A stretch of DNA of 64,000 nucleotides from the human T2T-CHM13v2.0 reference genome, Homo sapiens. Where the stretch lies: NCBI RefSeq assembly GCF_009914755.1, contig NC_060942.1; one strand, given 5' to 3'. Both the position numbers and the translations under genes were made by a program. The notes below the pieces were generated by a model, which was not told the DNA's origin, searched no databases, and saw nothing but the letters and a program-made list of their open reading frames with translations. Of this stretch, positions 45,701 to 64,000 are shown one piece after another (the stretch's first letter is position 1; the number at the start of each line of letters is the position of its first letter).

Positions 45701-48700
45701 GTATGGGTGCTCCTTGGAGCAAATTCTCACTGTCTAATCTCACTCTGATGCCTACGCAGAGTCTGTCTTCACTCGTACACGCCTCCACATTTGGATATTT
45801 CCTTTTGTGCCAGCTAATACCTGATACTCCTTGCTCTTTTGCCCACTAGGATGTAAAATAACGTTCATGCATCTGAAACAAAGTGTGTCAAATGTTAAAA
45901 TATGACAAATCTTCAGACAGTTTCAAGATTTCCAAAAGGAAGAAGAAAAATGAAGTAAGAAATAGAACTTTCTGGTTTTTTGTTTCTTATTAAAGCTTTG
46001 TCTCAGTATTTTCTAAGCTAATGATCTTATTTCCAATAAAGATTTTTTCATTAATTCAAGCGACTATACAATAAGCATTTGCTGGTAGCTATGGTAAGTA
46101 TCTGCATAAACATTTAAATTTAGCTGAAACTCACTGCTTTCTGGTTCTTTTTTGTCAGTTTCAGAACGATTATTTTTGAGCTAATGAAATGCATAATTTT
46201 TCAAATAATTTTTCCAGCCTGTGGTATAAATCTTAAAACCAGGATAACATTCAGAATTTAAATTTGGGAAATTTAATTTTGGATGTGTTTTATCCCCAAG
46301 CCAGTAGATATAGTTTATGCTATAGACGGACATTTTTTTGATAGTTTACAGATTTTTAAATGTGCTTTTAATGGCAGTCTTATAGTTTTAATGTGGGTTC
46401 GTGTCAATGTGCTGTAAATTATATTTACCTTGTTTCTATTTTTCAATTATATATAGCATCTTAATGCACAATTCTATTTCTCACTCAGTTTCTTTAACAG
46501 TTTTAAAAGGTGAATTTGATAAGTTCATAGTTTTGAGATATTTAAGTCATTCATACTCACATAAGCTCTAAAACCTAAATGGCCAGAAAAATTGAATTCC
46601 ATATTATTTCATCATTCTTTCATGAATCTAGGGATTTATTGCAAATGCAAGATTAAATTGTATTAGTGTTTCATGACCTAGCAATGCAAATATCTAAAGT
46701 TAAATGTTATAGTCCGTGACCATAATTTTCTATTATATTGATTCATAAACTATCCATAATAATGTATTTGATTCTGACATATGTACACTGATAAATCTGT
46801 AGACATCTTATTTTGGAGATCTCTACTCTAAAAAGTGCAGAATTATCTCAATTATGGACTGTGGTTTGATTATAGAAATACTTTTTATTTGATTTATTCA
46901 AACAAGACAAACATTTATTCGTATTATTCTCTGTGTCAGTCACTGTTCTATATGCAGGTAATGAGAATATTAATCAATGAATCATTATCCCCACCCAGCA
47001 TGGGCTTAGAGTCTATATAGGGAGTCAAACACACAAATTTTTATAAATAAAACATTATAGTGATTGCTAAGAATAAAGTGGAAGGGGACACAGATTAAGA
47101 AGCAATTGATTATATTTGATTTTGGCACCTTTCTAGTTGTATCAAAATGTATTAATATAAAGTATATCTTTCGGGAAAAATTGAGACCTGTTTGGAGCTG
47201 GCATTGGCGTAACCTGTCATCAGGGCACACCGAGTCCAGACCTGGTCTCTTTGACAATGTAGTTATTTGGGCTGGGACTAAGCAGAACTTGGAAACTGAG
47301 AGGATCCTCAAAGGTCTAAGTCAGTGGGTATGCTGATCACTTAGAAGACTGTAGGATTTTTTAAGTATATATCATTTTGATGGTGAGGGTGGTGTTGGTG
47401 ATTTTTATCCTCTTCATTACAAATTCAGACTATCTGCTGGAACTAAAATAATCACTTATTTTGGAACGGTAGCAAGCCAAAATTCTTAGTGCAACAGGAA
47501 CTTCCCCAGAAGCTCAAAATGTCAAGATTATGATGTCCTCAAATGTCAAATGAATCAGAGCTGTGTACAGAACATGCCAAGGTTTAGGGAATAATGTAGA
47601 TTTTATCATAACACAAAACCATACTGTAGTTTTAACATTATTTCAATAAGAATTAATTTATATGTATATAACTACCATAGATGAATACCATGGTGCTATA
47701 TATATATATATATACACACACCATGTATGAGTACCATGTCTATATATGTACAGAAATTCCATACATGAGTGAGGCAGTGAAAGAAGGTGCTAGCATGTAA
47801 GGGACACTAGTGCAAACACTGCACGATTATTAGTCTCTAAAAGAAATATAAGATTTCTTTAGAAAGATCTCTTACTACATGACATTTGCATTTAAATCAT
47901 ATTTACCAAAGGTTTGTGGCAGACATAAAGCTACGTGCTACTCATCAAGAACCCCACATAAATTGTAAAAAATATGTTAGGTTTTAATATTCTTATTGTT
48001 CAATAAAAATTTTATAAGTCCCTATTAATTCAAAAAGGTAGGACTTTTCACATGGTTTTACATTTGGTTTTTTTATTTCAATGGTATAGAGAATGCATTT
48101 TTAAAGAAAACGACTTCCAGTTTTAAATTGCACTATTAATCAAAAGACAAATAATTTTCTTTACGTAAGTAATCTCATCACATAAATCCCCATTGAGTAG
48201 TTGCTTTTATATACTATGTTTAAGGATATGTGTACATCATTCTTTTACAACTTAAAAAATGCAATAATACACTTGAACTTTTAAAGGATAGATTGGAAAA
48301 TTACTACTCTGGTGGTAACTATATTTAAAGCATAAACCAATGTAATAGACTTTTCTAGAACAACCATTGCATGAAGATTTTTCGATTTGCTGTTGCTCTT
48401 GGAAATAGTGGCACTGTTCCATGGTCCCGTGGCATCAGCATAATTGACAAAACAACACCAGAAACAGAACTTCGGTGGCAGTGTCGAGTGCTCTTCTCAG
48501 CATGAAGTCTGCATTATAAATGATGGCAAAGATGTTTAAGACCTAGATTTGTAAAAACATAAGTAAATCCAAGAGTATGCTTTGAGGAAGAGAAATGCAG
48601 CTCATTTGAAAGTCTGATTTCACAGACAATAGTAAATTATGTTAGTGATGCTTGATCATTAGAATGTACATTTCCATCCAACATTAAAAAATCCACCTGT

Positions 48701-49511
48701 CCTTATTGGACTAACTGATATGACGTAAAGTTTTTTTAAAAAAAAGTCTTCCATACACTCAGAAAATGTGAATTCGATAATTTGAGCTATTTGTCAGAAT
48801 TTTTTCTTTGTTTTCTTTCACAAGATCAAGATAGCTAAAACATTTAAGTGTATTAAAAATTATAGTGGCATCGAAAGTGGGGTATACATGTCACACTGTG
48901 TTCAAAAAGCTCTTGCTTTTTGAATCTCCATGTTTTATAACAAATATTAGTAAAATAGTGTATCTATATAACATAAATAAGTTAACATATTTAAAGAGTA
49001 AAAGTTGGTAAGCTCATAACTTTATAGGAACATTAAAAGAACACATATCAACTATTCTATTTATTCCATTAGTTAATGAAGAAACCAGCAAGTTATTACA
49101 GCCAGTTCGAAGGAAAATCTAAGTGTCATACAACTAGGCACCCAATAATGCCAAAATGAACGTGCTTAATGGATGCAAGACCGGCTCTTCCATGTGGGTG
49201 GGGAAGTAAATTGCACTGTCACCAGATAACGTTGTCCCACACGTTTATGGACAAGAATCAGTTGTATGGCCATGGATCATCTATAAATTACAGGGTTTTG
49301 TGTAAAATAGCTTAATGATATCAACATTGCAGGACATTATAGAAGCAGAAAATCTTACCCGAGGAATGTGTTAGACACAACTTCCAGGAATCTTTGTTGA
49401 TCATAGCAAAGTCTTTCCCAATTTTCCCTGGCAATATAAGTTACTTGATGTGCGTGTGTGATAAGTCTATATTTGAGTACATCAACAAACACATGGGGAG
49501 TGTTATTCTAG

Positions 49512-49712
49512 ACTAGGGATGGACAAACTTTTTTTGTAAAGATCAAGATGGTAAATATTTTAAACTATTTAAGTAAGCCACATAAGTCTCTGTGGCATAT
49601 CCTTTTGAAAAATTATAAGCCTTTGAAACCATAGAGAATATTTCATGGGTGGCACACAAACAGGTCTAGAGCCAGATTTGGTTCATAGGTCATGGCTTGT
49701 TGCCTCCTGCTG
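49512..49712 (+). mobile_element. MER58-like hAT element
   Basis: CAAACTTTTTTTGTAAAG...GTAAATATTTT...GCCAGATTTGG. Confidence 0.6.
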
Positions 49713-52700
49713 TAGGAGGTACATGCAGGGGTCTCTGGCTTACATGGACAGAAGGGGGGCCAAGAAGGAAAATGTGACAGAGTTAGGTACAGAGCGACAA
49801 AAGAAAACAGCACATCTTCCTGCTGATAATTGTTGGTTGGTTAATAGGAAAAAAATATGTGGAAATAGTTGTCCTCCAAAGAAAAGTCTTTCCCCTCAAC
49901 TGGAATTGCAATTTTCCACATTTGCACATATCCTGTGGATCTACATTTTTATGCAAATTCTCAGAGTGCCCCTATCTTTCCAGTCTCTTATTTTCTTTGC
50001 CTTTAATTTATTGGAGAGTAGCTGGAAGTCTTTTTCTGAAACTCATGGGGGGATGTGGCCACCAAAGCTCTGACCCTGAACTGAATAGACACCATTTCTC
50101 ATAAACAGTTCACTTTCATCATCCTCAGGTCATGAAATAGCCTCTCAGATAATATTTTTGGGAAGTTGATGGAAAACTTCCTACTGTCGATGTAAGATAT
50201 AAACCTCCTTCATTCTGAACCCTGATCTGCTTCTGTAGGTCTAGGATAAGGTCTGAGATTCTGCACTTCTATGAGGCTTCCAGGTGACACTGATTCTGCT
50301 GGTCCACAGACTGCACTTTGAATAGCAAGCACTTTGCCCATGGCAATTATTAATAATTTGTCTGCACCCTTGCATCGAATCACTCACTTGCAATTCATTT
50401 CTACTCTACTACCAGAGTTATTTTTCATCTTTGATTACATGTTTCCACCCCTTTTCACCTTTTAGTCATTTGAATTACTTCATGCTTTCTTCCAGCACAG
50501 GATCTTTCCATAGGTTTTTCTTTCTGGAGGAAAAAAATATCATTTCATATATAAATTTATTTTATTACCAGGTTTCTCTGAGATGATCAAGCTCATGTTC
50601 CTGTAAGTTAAGCAAACAAGTAACTTAAATGCATGTGCACATTTAGGCAATATCACAGCTGGGCAGAGTTAGGAAATCAAAAAGCAGCATGGATTCCCTA
50701 GTATCTCTCAGTCCCCAACATTATATGGGTCAGAGGTTTGAGCTATCATCTTCATCTAGCAACCTCTTTATAGATATATAGGACCTTTTCTGAAACACAA
50801 AACTTGTAGTTACAGTAAGTGACAACATATTCATCTAACCAGTACCTATCTGCAGCATGTTTACTAGTGCAGCATCCACCTGAGCCCAGTGCTGTCCTAT
50901 TGCTTGTTTACCTGTTAGAGATCTGCTTTTGTTGCAGCTTCTGGCAGCCCTTCTCATGAAGCCTGCTACAGTTCTTCTCTGGTCTCATTTGTTGTCTTAA
51001 GTCATAGTAATTCTTCTGATATTAACTAGGATTTTGCTTCCTTAGAAAAGCCTTTCCTGATCTACCTGAATAGATCATATAGCTGTTGCAGTTTTTGCAA
51101 TTGTCTAGTTGTTTGTGAGATCATTTGATTAGTATCTCTATTGTATGTGACTAGGAGATGGATGAAGGATTGCATTATGTTTGTTAATTCATATATCCCC
51201 ACAACGCGGCACATTTTTCTCATACTAGGTCTTCAAAAACATTCATGAAAGGGATAAATTTTTTAAAAGAATGAGGGATTTGTGGTTTAAGATAAGCAAT
51301 AATTTGTGTGCATCGTCGTACTAAAAAATAAAGGTAAATGAGTTTTCATAGATGCGTGAAGAGAGGGAAGCTAGGCTCTAGAAGTCAGGATGAATGGATA
51401 TCTAATTGACATAATTGAGAGGCACAGACAGAGGGGAGTTTCACACACAGAAAAGCATAATTCTGGAGTTAAATATCTTCCCCTGGGCTTGAGAAATCAA
51501 AAAAGAACTTTAGATACCTCCCTGATCCTAAACCATTTTTATGCTCTTACACTCCCTTTCCTCCCTTTGTTCACATTTTTGAAATTTCAGGAGGGCAGAG
51601 AAAAGATGTAAGACAAATGAGAGGAAGGGAAATGAAAAGTGGGGTCTGTGCTCACTACAAAAGGATTAGACATAATAACCAGTGAGAGAACAAACACTCA
51701 AGTGTAATATTTATCAAGAGAAGTCTTGATATTTCTGTGACAAAAATGTAGAATTGCAATTTCCAGACATTATTTTTATATGATCTATGGCATAAATAGT
51801 ATGATCTATAGTATCTATAGTGTAAATACTGATTTGCTTTGTCCAACATATGACACAAAATCTTCTTTATAATAGCTCAATTCTTCCACTGATAAGCAGT
51901 CTATGTATTCTCTATTTCAAACAATACTTTTGAAAATGAAAAGTTATGGGAAAAAGTGGTCCATATTCTTTTGAGAAAAGTCCCATGTCTCAGGCAAAGT
52001 GTTTTGGAAGCTTGTTTACTGAAATCATTCTGGCAACTGAATCCCTTCATTCAGATCACATAATGGATCGCTTTCAGAAAGTCAGTGTGCCCGGGCAGTA
52101 ATGATGTGTCTTAGGAAACTGATGAATTCATCTAAAAGTGGAAAGTCCATTAAAGTTGATTCCTAATGAATTTGCATTAATGACAGTAGTCAATATTCAA
52201 GGAATTACAATGTGTTTATTTTGTTTAGTAACTTTGGCTTCAAAAATAGTTTATTTCATCAGTGGTTTAGCAGGCAAACCTATCAATTTGTTAAATTTTC
52301 CTCATATGATATGTTGTTTTTCTTCCAAATCTTACTATTATTTATAAAATCATTCATTTAAGAATACACAATTACAGTTTTTACTGTTATAGAAATTATT
52401 ATAGATAACATTATATTGGATCATTTCTTGTTTATCTTTAACTGTTTACATAGATTCTATAGCTGAAACACCCTAGAAATTCTATTTTTAAATGTAGCTA
52501 TTAATAAAAATTTACGTTATTATGGAGAGGTTTTGATATATGAAAAAGTTCAAGTTTTTAAAATATAAAATGTGTTATATTTTGGTAATTAAATTGGAAA
52601 ATCATTTATTTTGAAGAATGTCCTGCTTGCAGCAAGTGCTAAGCTACATGTAGGTCCTGCGTAAATTCATAATTTAGTTATTGCATGAAACATAGAAATA

Positions 52701-53529
52701 CATCCATGATTTTGTGTACATTTTAAAGTGTATAGGTGGGATTATTGGGTTGAGTGGAACAATGGTCTTTTGCCAAGTAATTTCTGAAGTTAGCAGAGAT
52801 AAAGAATCATAGTTTTAAAGTACCATTTCTTAATGCCATGTAGAAAGCATGTACTGAAAGTTCCCTACTGGTTTGAAACAATCAATAAATTGCAAAAGTA
52901 GTATGACATTTACCCTAATGTAATATGATTGCTCATGCCTACTCTCAAATGCATGCACACACACACACACACAGAATTGAATTTTACCAATCTAATTCTA
53001 AAATAGGAGATTTATTCTTTTCCTTGTTATATGATTCTCTGCTGAAGCAAACTTAAGTGGATAAGGTTTTGCATATATGAAACGTTATTACTAAGAATAA
53101 ATTAGTGATAAGATAAGTTTTACATCCTTTTACTTTCATATTCTCTTATACCATTCACTGCTATGTTTTGCTAAAATCATGAATTTTAAATCTCAGTCCC
53201 TACTAAATATAGTGTTTGGCACATCCTCATAACTGTGTGTTAAATGCATAAGTTTAAGTATTGATGCTTCTGTTATTACTATTTGAATTTAATTATGTTT
53301 CCTGATTTGTTTTCAACTCTTATACTTTTATTCTATCAGTAAGGCAAATATAAGATTATTGGAAGTTTATATTATTCTTTAAAATCTCCTTCATGTGTAT
53401 CAAACAGGTGATATGTTAACCCATATCCAATTAAAACAAAGATGCAAAATTTGACAATTTAAATCACTTATATTTAATAAAATACCGTAGCAAAAATTAT
53501 GACATTTACGAATGTCAGCTGTGAAATTA

Positions 53530-53855
<326 letters not shown>

Positions 53856-54094
53856 GAAATTATATATTTTTTAATGTTTGATGTAACTAGCATACTACTA
53901 ATAATCCACTATATTATTACAAAATAATGAGATAAATAATTATTTACCTTCCTATTTAAAAGGACATAAAACACTATTGTTACAAAGATTATTTAAAATT
54001 AAAACTAAAATGCAAGTTTGAGTTAAAATCATAAGATTAGTGTAAACTCAGATTAATAGATCTGAGCCATTCACTATTCTTTTTTCTTCTCTTT

Positions 54095-56880
<2,786 letters not shown>

Positions 56881-58615
56881 GTTGAAGGACAATAAAAACA
56901 CCACAAAGCTTTCCTGCCATATTTAAGTTGTCTGTTATTGACTCAGCGATTGCTTGATTCCATGAACCTTTGACTGCTTTCCAGAGTTCTGACAAAGTGG
57001 ATTGTGCTGTTTTTCCTTGATTTTTTCAATGTTTCTGTGGCGAGATGGACACTTCAAGCTGCCTACCTTGCCATTTTTGCTGACATCTCGTCACACCCAT
57101 TATTGATCTTGGGAAATCTAGACCAATATTACTAAAGCAACTGTATGCATTCTGTTTACTTTCACCATTAATAAAAATGATTTTAACCCAAATGTTAGTT
57201 AAATGACATTTTTAAATACATTTTCCTCTATTGGACTTCTTAAAAACATAGCATTCAGTGTTAGAGTAATCACAACTTATTACTATAAAAAATCAGTGTG
57301 GTATTGATTTTGGTCTTCAAACTTAAATAATATTAATGGATTTATTAAGAATACTGTGGTAAGTGATAAAATTTAGCATTGGATAATATACGTGTGTACA
57401 TATATATTGGTTACTTACATATTAGGTTTTATTTAAATTTACAGATTTATATGAGTGTATGAATGTATATTATTATTCTCCAAAGTTTTAACTGTGTTTA
57501 AGTGGCTCTTCGTGTACTGATCCAGATCAAATTTTATATACCTTCTTTGGTTTGTTGTCACTAAACACAAGGTAATGATTGGTAATTTAGCTTTCTTAAA
57601 CTAGACTATCCACAGTGATTAGTTTTAACAAATTGTGTTTACTCCATCTATGTGATTCCAAAGACATAGTTTGGCATGGTTAAAAAAAAAAAAAGAATGA
57701 CAGATGAAACACAGAAGGAAGGCAGGAAAGAAGACACAGAAAAAAAGGAAAACAAGAAGGAAGGGAGGAAGGGAAAAAAAAGCAAAGAAAGAAGAGTAAA
57801 GGAAAGAGGAACAAAAGAAAAAGTAAGGCAATTAGTTGTAGGTAGGAATGCATCATGGTATCTGTTTGTGTAAATTAAAAGGAAAAAAATAACGATCTAG
57901 TCTACTATTTTTATTTCAAAACAGTTATTTTTGCCAATATATCCCTCCCCTCCCCAAATGACCTATGTTAAAGGAAGTTCTATATTCACTGTGAATTAGC
58001 CATTTTCATACAGGATCACCAGTAAAGACTGGCTGTTATAAAATCAGATTCTACCAATAAGTATTTTCACATTTTCATTCACAAAGTAAAAGCATGCACT
58101 TCAGTATGTGTTAGATGTGGAAGCATCTCAAACGATCAGTAAAGAGATGTCATCATCAATTACTTTTTTAAAAATAGGAATAGACCAGGGATGAAAAAAC
58201 TCTGATATTGAATATACAAAATATAATATTTTTGAGAAGGATAGTTTTTTGAGATTAATAAATTTAGTTTGGAATCAACTGTGGGAAGCTGAAAGACTGG
58301 CTGGCTATGTGCATATGATTTTGATAAACTAATTAAGGGGGTTATCACAATGACAGACTGAAAATGCAGCAGGATCAGATCACATATAGGGAGTAAAATT
58401 AGATTTCATGTGATTAAAAGTGCATCTGGACCTTAATAGCTTCCTCTGCTGCTTCATATTTGGAATGTAATTTTTGTTTGTATTTTATTCTAATTTTAAA
58501 TAAGACAGAATTACAGAAATGCAAGATAAAAATCCTGTGGTGGGGGAATGCTGGCAAATAGATGACCTTTTATGAAATGGTTTATAAAAGAGATAGAGAA
58601 TTAGACTGGGAATCC

Positions 58616-58892
58616 CATCTGTAATCCCAGCACTTTGGGAGGATGAGGAGGAGGATCATTTGAGGCCCGGTCAAATCATTTGACCAGCCTGGCCAACACG
58701 GTGAAACACCGTGTCTACTAAAAATATAAAAATTCACTGGGCACAGTGGTACGTGCCTGAAATCCTAGCTACTTCAGAGGCTGAGGCATGAGAATCCTTT
58801 CAATCTGGTACGTGGAGATTGCAGTGAGCTGAGATCACACCACTGCACTCCAGCCTGGGCAACAGAGTGAGACTGTCTAAATAAATAAATAA
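58616..58892 (+). mobile_element. Diverged Alu lacking its extreme 5' end
   Basis: CTGTAATCCCAGCACTTTGGGAGG...(TAAA)n tail. Confidence 0.85.
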
Positions 58893-59479
58893 GATGGGGA
58901 ATTGGATAGATCAACAAAAATCAATTAGGTATGAACATGGAGAGCAACTCTTTTTAGGATGTTTAGATAGTACAGCAGAATTGGCAGATATACACTACAA
59001 TTAAATATTTTGTGAGGTCTAGTTCATCATGGTAAGAAGGCATTTTAAGGCATAGCAGAATGATGTTATTTTATATCACCAACCCCCTCTAAAGTTGCAA
59101 GGTTTTAATAATTGATCACAGAAAATATGAGAACTCCCTGGGCCAGGAGGAGTTTCTAGTGTCACAGATGTAGACAGGGCTGAGGACACACAGCACATTT
59201 AGCTCCGAGAAAGTAAGTTGCCTTTTACCTCTAAGGAAAACAAGAATAGTTCTACTGTAGAAATAGTTAATTCTTAGTTCTAGAATTCTAATTTAAAAAG
59301 CAACTCATGAAGTCAACAATTGGCTCTTTATTCACATTATATTGTTTTCAGTGCTGTGTTTGACTTCCTCTGAAATCTTTCTTCTTTAGGCATTACAGTC
59401 TTTCTCAGCCAGGATGAAAGCTGTGCCATAAGAACCAATGGCTTAAGGCTTCAGAGTTTGAAGATGAAAAATGAAAAAT

Positions 59480-60500
<1,021 letters not shown>

Positions 60501-61876
60501 GCTCCAGGAACTAAAATGTCAGCATACATTTACTTAGTAATATGAATTTAACCAATCCCATTTTGGTTTTGTAAAAGCTGTTACTGAACTCAAGAAAATA
60601 TTTTGTAAATTTTTACAAGAACAGTAGCATCACACCAACCCAAATCACTACATTTCTTATTTTTCATGCTCAAAACAGTACATTTGTCTGACTTGTTGAT
60701 ATCATCTGGCTACTTGATGAAGGTAAATTTTGAGATTTGATCCTGGAGAGAAGACAATTTTCTACAAAGTTAGTAAGGTCTATATAGTTTCAGTCCTGGG
60801 TTAGAAAAGAGCAACAGCCTCCTGATTCTATTAAAAATAACACTTTCTTGATGTATTTTGATAATCCATAAAACACTACTCTGTAAGTACTGTTTTAGAC
60901 AGTTAGATATAAAGAAAAACATACATTAAAACATTCAAACTCTGTTTAATGCTTTTTACTCACACGCTAACAGTCCAACCCAGTGGTTCTCAAAATGTAG
61001 TATCTAAACCAGCAACATTAGCAAATGCAAATTATCAGGCCCCATCCTAGGCCGTCTGAGTCAGAAACTTTAGATGTGGGGCCTGGAAATCTGTTTTAAC
61101 AAGTCACAAGTTGTGTCAGCACAAACTAAAACTTAGAATCTAGCCTTTATATTTGCATTGAATAAGTTATTTATATGATGACAGTGTCTTTAAGGTGAGG
61201 ATAGTATATACGTTTTTTAGTCATTGTATTGATTGTTAAGAGGCAACTAATAAATGTGTGGTCCAACTTATAAGAGAAATGGGACCAGAGGCTGGAAAGG
61301 AAAAGAAAAAGAATGAAGCCCTTATCCTAGATTCATGCTTATTATTTGATTTTGGCCAAGTAATACTCTTTGTAATACACTTCAGTTTCATAATTTCTAA
61401 ATGCAGAGTTTGGAATAAATAGTTGAGATCCTCTTTACTCCAAAAGTCCATGATCTTGTCACATTTTTCAAAATTTAGCTATGGAGTTTAAATAAATGTC
61501 ACTAATTTGGGTTCGTGTGTACAATGCAATATTTCCTTGGAATTTCAGTGTATTTTCACTAAAATGGCTATTGGCTTCTGATGTAGCTTATTGTACTCTT
61601 TCTAGTTGCTGGATTTATTTCTTTTTAATTCACCCAGTTGAATTTGATATGGTTGTTGACATAATTGAGATATTTTTCATTTCCTATTTCTCTGTGACTG
61701 GCCATCACTTTCTGTTTTCCCATCATTTGATTATGCTTAATTTAATGGCATTTAAATTCCCACAGCATTTGGCAGCCTTTCTAATTCTCTCTAAATTACA
61801 GAAAAATAAAGGAGAGAAAGCATCCCTACATCAGTAACTAGAAAGAATCATCTCTTTGCTTTTTGATGAACTTTTA

Positions 61877-62290
<414 letters not shown>

Positions 62291-62310
62291 AACAAAGACA
62301 AAACTAACCA

Positions 62311-62382
62311 AACAGGAAGTCAATAAAGCTAAAGAAAGTGTAATTTAACAGGAAGTCAATAAAGCTAAAGGAAGTGTAATTT
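62311..62382. repeat. Tandem duplication, 36 bp x 2
   Basis: AACAGGAAGTCAATAAAGCTAAAG(A/G)AAGTGTAATTT. Confidence 0.93.
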
Positions 62383-62740
62383 TAAATCACTTTCTACTTC
62401 ACAGGCAGTTCCTATTCTATTACTCTGAAAACACATTCCTCCATTTATTTCCAATATATGAATAAATTTACATACAGAGACAGTGCAATTTCATTAGATG
62501 CTCTTATCTCCTGCAGCAGTGTTTTTAAAAGTTGGATTATGGTCCTATCTCTGCCAGATAGGGTGCTTTCTGAAGTAAAACTTTGGAATTACTAGGCATG
62601 TAACTTGGGACCCAGGAGCACATATATTTTAAAACATAGGTAATTTTTATGTGCACTATATTCGGAAAATGACAAATCACCACCAATTTTCTCAAAATAC
62701 ATTATAATAACCTTTGCAATATGCAAAATATTTTAGCTTA

Positions 62741-63561
62741 CAGTATGTCCTCAAATAATGTCTTTCATCATAACAGTAAGAGAAACAAAATCTATTCCCT
62801 GCTGCAGTCACTATGTAGAGTTTGAGACTCTCCCCATGTCTGCATGGGTTTCCTCCAGTTACTCCTGTTTCCTCCTACATCCCAAAGACGCATGTGCTAG
62901 GTGAATTGGCGTGTGTAAATGGTCCTAGGCTGAGTGACTGCGGGTGTGTGAGTGGCCCTGCAGTGGGACGGTGTCTTGTCCAGGTGGGTTCCCACTTGGT
63001 ACCCTGAGCTGCTGGGATAGACTCAGGCCACCTGTGACCCTGAACTGGAATAAACAGGTTGGAAAAGGAATGAATACATATTATCGTAAAATAAAAATTT
63101 ATAAAGCATGCAATCATCCTGTGGATGCATTAAAATAAACCATGCAATAAAAAAGTCCTCAGCAAACTCACCTTATATGTGCTTGTTTTTGGATTGCATG
63201 GAGGCTGGAGGTGCCCTTGACCATCTTCAGTTTGGAAACATTTCTTCGTTTATTTATCACACCACCACTACTATCTCCGACCTCACTGATTCACCAGAAA
63301 TTGGATAAATAATTGTCTCGTTTTTATGAGTCTTTCTTAAATGTGTGTATAGCTCACACTTATTTCAGTGTTTAATATTAGAAGCATTTGCGGATTTTAA
63401 TTTTTAAATTTCATGATGTTTTTGTGACCAGTAACAAGCCATAGGAACTCAACTCTCATTTATATCCATTAGCCAATGGTAAAATTGGTTTGTTATACAT
63501 TGTTTCACATAAAATCACAGTTTCCAAGAACCTATGGATGACTTTAGGTGAGGACTTACTG
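62741..63561 (+). mobile_element. MER6 DNA transposon (TcMar-Tigger), near full length
   Basis: TIRs CAGTATGTCCTCA / TGAGGACTTACTG, each flanked by TA; internal CCCTGAGCTGCTGGGATAG...GACCCTGAACTGGAATAA. Confidence 0.82.
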
Positions 63562-63587
63562 TATTTTTGATTTAGGCACTACTGGGG

Positions 63588-63588
63588 G

Positions 63589-63620
<32 letters not shown>

Positions 63621-63637
63621 AAGAGAGAGAGAGAGAA
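63588..63637. repeat. (GA)n microsatellite
   Basis: Direct reading. Confidence 0.9.
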
Positions 63638-64000
63638 ACGTGAATGAGGGCAGCGATTGAGATAAATATATTTTGTTATTGGTAATCTTAAGTGATGTAT
63701 TTTCAAGGCTATTTTATATATCTTCTAGTTACATTTAAGTAGATATCACAAATAAAGTATATTTTCCCATCTGCTGCACTCACGCTTGAAGCTCTGTGCT
63801 GGAGACAGGTTGGTGGCTGTTTAGTGGCATTGGCCTTGACAGCATGTGCAAGGAGCAGCAAAATGTGAGAAGTCTTCCCCGCCAAGGTGAGGCAGGTGTG
63901 AGGAGTGGTAGCATATGGACACATGATTAACTGGCTGGGTATGTATGACAAAAATAATTCTACTTTAAGCTAGTTAAAATTAATTATCCTACCTTGCCTT

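Noticed and set aside
49645-50073. 142-aa ORF
   Set aside because: Begins in a MER58-like repeat; no recognisable domain or exon structure
57676-57873. Lys/Glu-rich ORF resembling a coiled-coil exon
   Set aside because: Purine-rich low-complexity tract with no convincing splice acceptor

Overview
AT-rich, repeat-dense primate DNA, almost certainly human because it carries an AluYb8-type Alu and an ACG-type L1HS. The window lies inside a + strand gene with very long introns. Two phase-0 coiled-coil exons (22941-23057, 45491-45700) translate into a sequence I recognise as CCDC102B. The rest is intron filled with Alu, L1, L2, MIR, LTR and DNA-transposon copies, plus a processed SDHC pseudogene (~14803-16467). 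The best find is one L1-mediated insertion bounded by a perfect 16-bp TSD (7217-9470). It holds full-length U6 snRNA, the 3' 1.4 kb of a young L1, the donor's A-rich tail, about 650 bp of transduced flank and a second poly(A). Other structures not explained by the repeats themselves: an old inverted duplication (972-1301 / 2347-2991), a twin-primed inverted L1, a tail-less TSD-less Alu fragment, a poly(A)-only insertion with TSD, and an antisense solo LTR12C containing a fold-back insertion. Repeat subfamily names come from my recall of consensus sequences, not from a database search. Boundaries of old repeats are approximate.
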